A stretch of DNA of 64,000 nucleotides from Candidatus Nomurabacteria bacterium (GTDB taxonomy: Bacteria > Patescibacteriota > Minisyncoccia > Phycocordibacterales > UBA918): positions 365,634 to 429,633 of the forward strand of contig CP060227.1 in assembly GCA_023898525.1 (NCBI GenBank), written 5' to 3'. Each line of letters starts with the position of its first letter. Positions within the stretch are counted from its first letter, which is position 1. The notes below the pieces were generated by a model. That model was not told the DNA's origin and made no database searches. It was given only the letters and a program-made list of their open reading frames with translations. The position numbers were made by a program, and so were the translations under genes. Below, piece by piece: positions 60,140 to 64,000 of this stretch.

Positions 60140-61264
60140 CTAATCAACAAATGGAGTTTCCTTGGCCACCGCTTTAGCACCTTGAGCACGACTCATACCA
60201 AGCACCATCGCTACCGCCACAAATTCTGTCACTAAGTGTGAGCCGCCATAACTCATAAAAGGTATAGTCGTTCCGGTAACAGGTAATACTCCAATATTTA
60301 TACCAACATGAACAAAAAAGTGTGCCAACAAAAAGATGACTACCCCAACCGCGAACAATTTCTCAAAGTTACTAACTCCTAAAGTAGCATGGTAGAGAAG
60401 CCGCCATATCACCACACCAAATAAAGAAAACATGACTAAAACCCCAATGATTCCCCACTCTTCAGCAAAAGCTGCAAAGATGAAATCTGTCTCATATTCC
60501 GGCAAATACAAAAACTTTGATTGTGTACCATACCCGATGCCCTTTCCAAAAATCTGCCCCGAACCGACCGTCACAGTCGACTGATAAGCGTTGTAACCAG
60601 TACCTTGAATATCGGCCAAAGGATCAACAAAGGTCATAATGCGATCCTTTTGATAGTCCTGGAAAACAAATTGCCACATACCACCAAGAGCCACCAAGCC
60701 AAGCATGAACACAACCACGACATGCCGAAACTTAAGACCGGCCACCAGCACCATACCAAACCAAATCGCAAAGATGATCATAGCTGAACCAAAGTCAGGT
60801 TGTACCAGTATTAGACCAAACGGGATCAAAACATAAAAACCTGATACCAGAATATGCTTAAAATCACCAATTAGTTCGTGACGCTTGGCAAAATATTTGG
60901 CCAATAATGCAATCAAGATAAGTTTGGTTGGATCAGAAACCTGTAATGAAAAGAAACCCAAATCAAAGCGCTGCCTTGCTCCCAAAATAGTTTCACCAAA
61001 AAAAAGCACCAAGACAAGCAAAACCACCGTTAATAAATACAGGTAAAAAACAGTGTTACCAGTCCTTAAAAAACGGTAATTCGGTATTATTGCAACAAAA
61101 AAAAGCCAAACTACAATTAGAACCCAAATAATTTGACGATTAAAAAAAATATTATCCTCGAGCGGTGAATACATAGTCACCAATCCAAAGATGGTAAGGC
61201 ACATGATTGCCCCAAACAAAATACCGTCAAATCCTGAAAATACCGTTTGCCAAAGCCGTCTCAT
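60140..61264 (-). CDS. SEDS-family peptidoglycan glycosyltransferase (FtsW/RodA)
   Basis: 10 TM segments; conserved region DFIFAAFAEEWGIIG and PVTGTTIPFMSYGGSHLV. Confidence 0.85.
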   Translation of the reverse strand: MRRLWQTVFSGFDGILFGAIMCLTIFGLVTMYSPLEDNIFFNRQIIWVLIVVWLFFVAIIPNYRFLRTGNTVFYLYLLTVVLLVLVLFFGETILGARQRFDLGFFSLQVSDPTKLILIALLAKYFAKRHELIGDFKHILVSGFYVLIPFGLILVQPDFGSAMIIFAIWFGMVLVAGLKFRHVVVVFMLGLVALGGMWQFVFQDYQKDRIMTFVDPLADIQGTGYNAYQSTVTVGSGQIFGKGIGYGTQSKFLYLPEYETDFIFAAFAEEWGIIGVLVMFSLFGVVIWRLLYHATLGVSNFEKLFAVGVVIFLLAHFFVHVGINIGVLPVTGTTIPFMSYGGSHLVTEFVAVAMVLGMSRAQGAKAVAKETPFVD

Positions 61265-61282
61265 GCTTACAGCATATACAAA

Positions 61283-62719
61283 TTATCGCAACGGCGCAAA
61301 GTTTGTGTCGGTTTTGGGAATAATGTCAATTCTAGCCGGACCAACCTCACAGATATGTATCGCAATTTCTTTATAAACAGCTTCCAATTGTCTGATAGTT
61401 GGTGCTTCAAAATACATATTAGGATCTGACGCCAAGTCTTTGATCAAAGTTACATCACGCTCAATGGAATCATTAGCCCCACCAAAAAAATCACCAAAAC
61501 CAATTGTATATATAGTCACGTCAGAATCTTTGGCTTTTTTGGCCATGTCAAGGGCATACGTAGCGGCATATTCACGATCAGCTAAGCCTGTTTCAGGATT
61601 TACCGGCCTGGTCACGTCTCCATCAGTCAAGAAAATTATTACCTTTCTAGCATTGTCACGATGCCTTACCCCAGTTAGTTCAGATAAAGCGACCGCAAAA
61701 GCGTCACCCATGTTGGTGTACTGCACTCCATCCTCCCCCATTTTTGTGCTTTGAATAGCGTTAACGACTGCCTCTATATCAGGTGTGAGAGTCTGCTCAA
61801 TCGGATTCGATGGAGTTGTAGCGTAAGATAGATAGCCCATAGTATCCTGCTTGTGTACTAATTTCACAAATGACTTAGCCGCTTGTTTGGCACTTTCGAG
61901 TGGCTCTGGCGGATCCCCACCATCAGCTGCCATTGAACCAGATCTATCCAAGATCAACATGATATCAGACGGAACTTCACAACTACGGACAGTCTTGGCA
62001 ATCGGAATTGGCCAAGTAAACACTATATCTTGAGTGCTTCTTGGATCAAATTTATCGATAAAAGACTGTGAGGCTGTGATCGGATTGCCAGCCTGGTTAA
62101 AGATAGTCGCTACCACTTCCACATCTCTCGCTTCTGTCAGCTCTGTGTTTTCCAACCGAACATTTAGGCGAGGACGAGAATCGGTGCTCAATAAGTCCCA
62201 GTCTAGAGTTCTAAACTGATTACGACCTATAGCTGCTGGTAACCACATTTTAGTTGGATTGATTTCAATAGTTGTTCTGGTCGGACTACGATCGTCAAGT
62301 GTCTCCATTCTTCCTTCAAAAACGGGATAAACACTATTCGGCGGCAAAACCGTGGTGCCGGAACGTTCAGCGATTAAATCCTCCCCGTCAAACAACCGAA
62401 ACGTGTAGGTTAAAGCAGGTGAACCAGCTTCAGCGTTTTTATTTTCGATATAAGCCACTGAGTTGTATTGGCCATCCCTAATTTTGAAACTTTCTGCCCA
62501 TACCACTTGTGGTGGCTCAACAGCAAATTCGCAGATGAGAGTACAACCACCACCACAATCCACTCCGGCTTCATTACCGTTTAAAATACCATCAAAACAA
62601 CTCGCTGGTGTATAAAAATATCCAAAATAAAAGACAGCGATAATCGCAGACCAAAAAACCCCAAACCCAACTATGTACTGAAGTCTACGCCAAAAGGCCC
62701 ATGGTCGGAATATACTCAT
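61283..62719 (-). CDS. membrane-anchored von Willebrand factor type A (VWA) domain protein
   Basis: MIDAS motif LILDRSGSM ... T ... IIFLTDGD; N-terminal TM. Confidence 0.7.
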   Translation of the reverse strand: MSIFRPWAFWRRLQYIVGFGVFWSAIIAVFYFGYFYTPASCFDGILNGNEAGVDCGGGCTLICEFAVEPPQVVWAESFKIRDGQYNSVAYIENKNAEAGSPALTYTFRLFDGEDLIAERSGTTVLPPNSVYPVFEGRMETLDDRSPTRTTIEINPTKMWLPAAIGRNQFRTLDWDLLSTDSRPRLNVRLENTELTEARDVEVVATIFNQAGNPITASQSFIDKFDPRSTQDIVFTWPIPIAKTVRSCEVPSDIMLILDRSGSMAADGGDPPEPLESAKQAAKSFVKLVHKQDTMGYLSYATTPSNPIEQTLTPDIEAVVNAIQSTKMGEDGVQYTNMGDAFAVALSELTGVRHRDNARKVIIFLTDGDVTRPVNPETGLADREYAATYALDMAKKAKDSDVTIYTIGFGDFFGGANDSIERDVTLIKDLASDPNMYFEAPTIRQLEAVYKEIAIHICEVGPARIDIIPKTDTNFAPLR

Positions 62720-62795
62720 GATGGTTTTTATTATATCAGATACGCTCTGACTAATTTAGCGTGATGGGGACGCTGTAGGCATTGCCTATCACACT

Positions 62796-62833
62796 AAAAC
62801 AAAACCCAGACCAAAAGGTCTGGGTTTTGTTTT
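62796..62833. terminator. rho-independent terminator AAAACAAAACCCAGACC-AAAA-GGTCTGGGTTTTGTTTT (end of 23S-5S unit)
   Basis: 17-bp perfect stem, about 55 bp downstream of the 5S 3' end. Confidence 0.75.
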
Positions 62834-62887
62834 AGGAGTAATTTATAAACAATATTCTTAGCACCTACTTTAGTCTTTTTTAAGAAC

Positions 62888-63004
62888 CTTGTTCTGGCAA
62901 CTAGCTACTCTTCCCCTTGCGGAGTACCATCGCCTCAACCGAGCTTAACTTCTGTGTTCGGAAAGAGAACAGGTGTATCCTCGGCGACAAGTCACCAGAA
63001 CAAG
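62888..63004 (-). rRNA. rrf: 5S ribosomal RNA
   Basis: rc contains CCGAACACAGAAGTTAAGC ... GCGATGGTACT ... GGGAAGAGTAGC and terminal helix CTTGTTCTGG/CCAGAACAAG. Confidence 0.85.
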
Positions 63005-63159
63005 AACCTCAAAAAAATAAATGACCAGATAGACACTAAGAATATTGTCTATAAAAATGATTGTTGCAGTACAGCTATCAACTAATCTCGCATATTCTAA
63101 CAACTTGGTAAACAACAACTCAAAAATTGCACAGCAGTATCATCGTTAAAACAATGTAC

Positions 63160-64000
<841 letters not shown>

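Overview
This 64-kb window reads as a low-GC, small-genome bacterium with Candidate Phyla Radiation (Patescibacteria)-like hallmarks: unlinked rRNA genes, a 16S with a divergent 515F site, almost no Shine-Dalgarno motifs, a GspG/ComGC-type pilin, and mostly minus-strand housekeeping genes with 4-bp overlaps. The housekeeping genes include gatB, obg, secA, murB, murC, murD, pgeF, rsmI, secDF, folD, pyrH, a SEDS glycosyltransferase, yvcK and a peroxiredoxin. The accessory block at roughly 9.7-27.4 kb is a dense glycan-assembly locus. It encodes a Wzy_C/O-antigen-ligase family membrane protein with a TPR tail, two GT-D (DUF1792) glycosyltransferases, one GT25, one GT32 and five GT4 (four in the main block, one satellite) glycosyltransferases, three FkbM methyltransferases, a SAM methyltransferase, a NodU/CmcH carbamoyltransferase, a sulfotransferase-like enzyme and a Wzx flippase. 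A satellite group at 56.5-60.1 kb adds an epimerase, a WbaP-like initiating phosphoglycosyl transferase and another GT4. Together these fit a Wzx/Wzy-dependent, heavily decorated glycan pathway that could serve protein O-glycosylation, but the acceptor is unknown. Other features are a cell-surface and cell-wall module, a HicAB toxin-antitoxin pair with a tandem palindromic operator, a histone H1-like protein, a cupredoxin and a GDT1 (UPF0016) transporter. The surface module comprises an LTD+PKD protein, a TraD/VirD4-like ATPase with a 300-aa disordered tail, a YkuD plus S11 carboxypeptidase fusion, and a GHL10 hydrolase. The rRNA genes are unlinked: the 16S (45.6-47.1 kb, minus) and a downstream tRNA-Ile(GAU) are separated by about 16 kb from the 23S-5S pair at the window end. 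The intervening DNA holds a GspG-type type IV pilin gene, three secreted-protein genes, pyrH, secDF and folD. The 16S 3' tail lacks the canonical CCUCC anti-SD, and the 16S-tRNA region is flanked by a roughly 55-nt conserved hairpin element in two copies with compensatory changes. Many strong intrinsic terminator hairpins are present, including one 29-bp-arm perfect palindrome.
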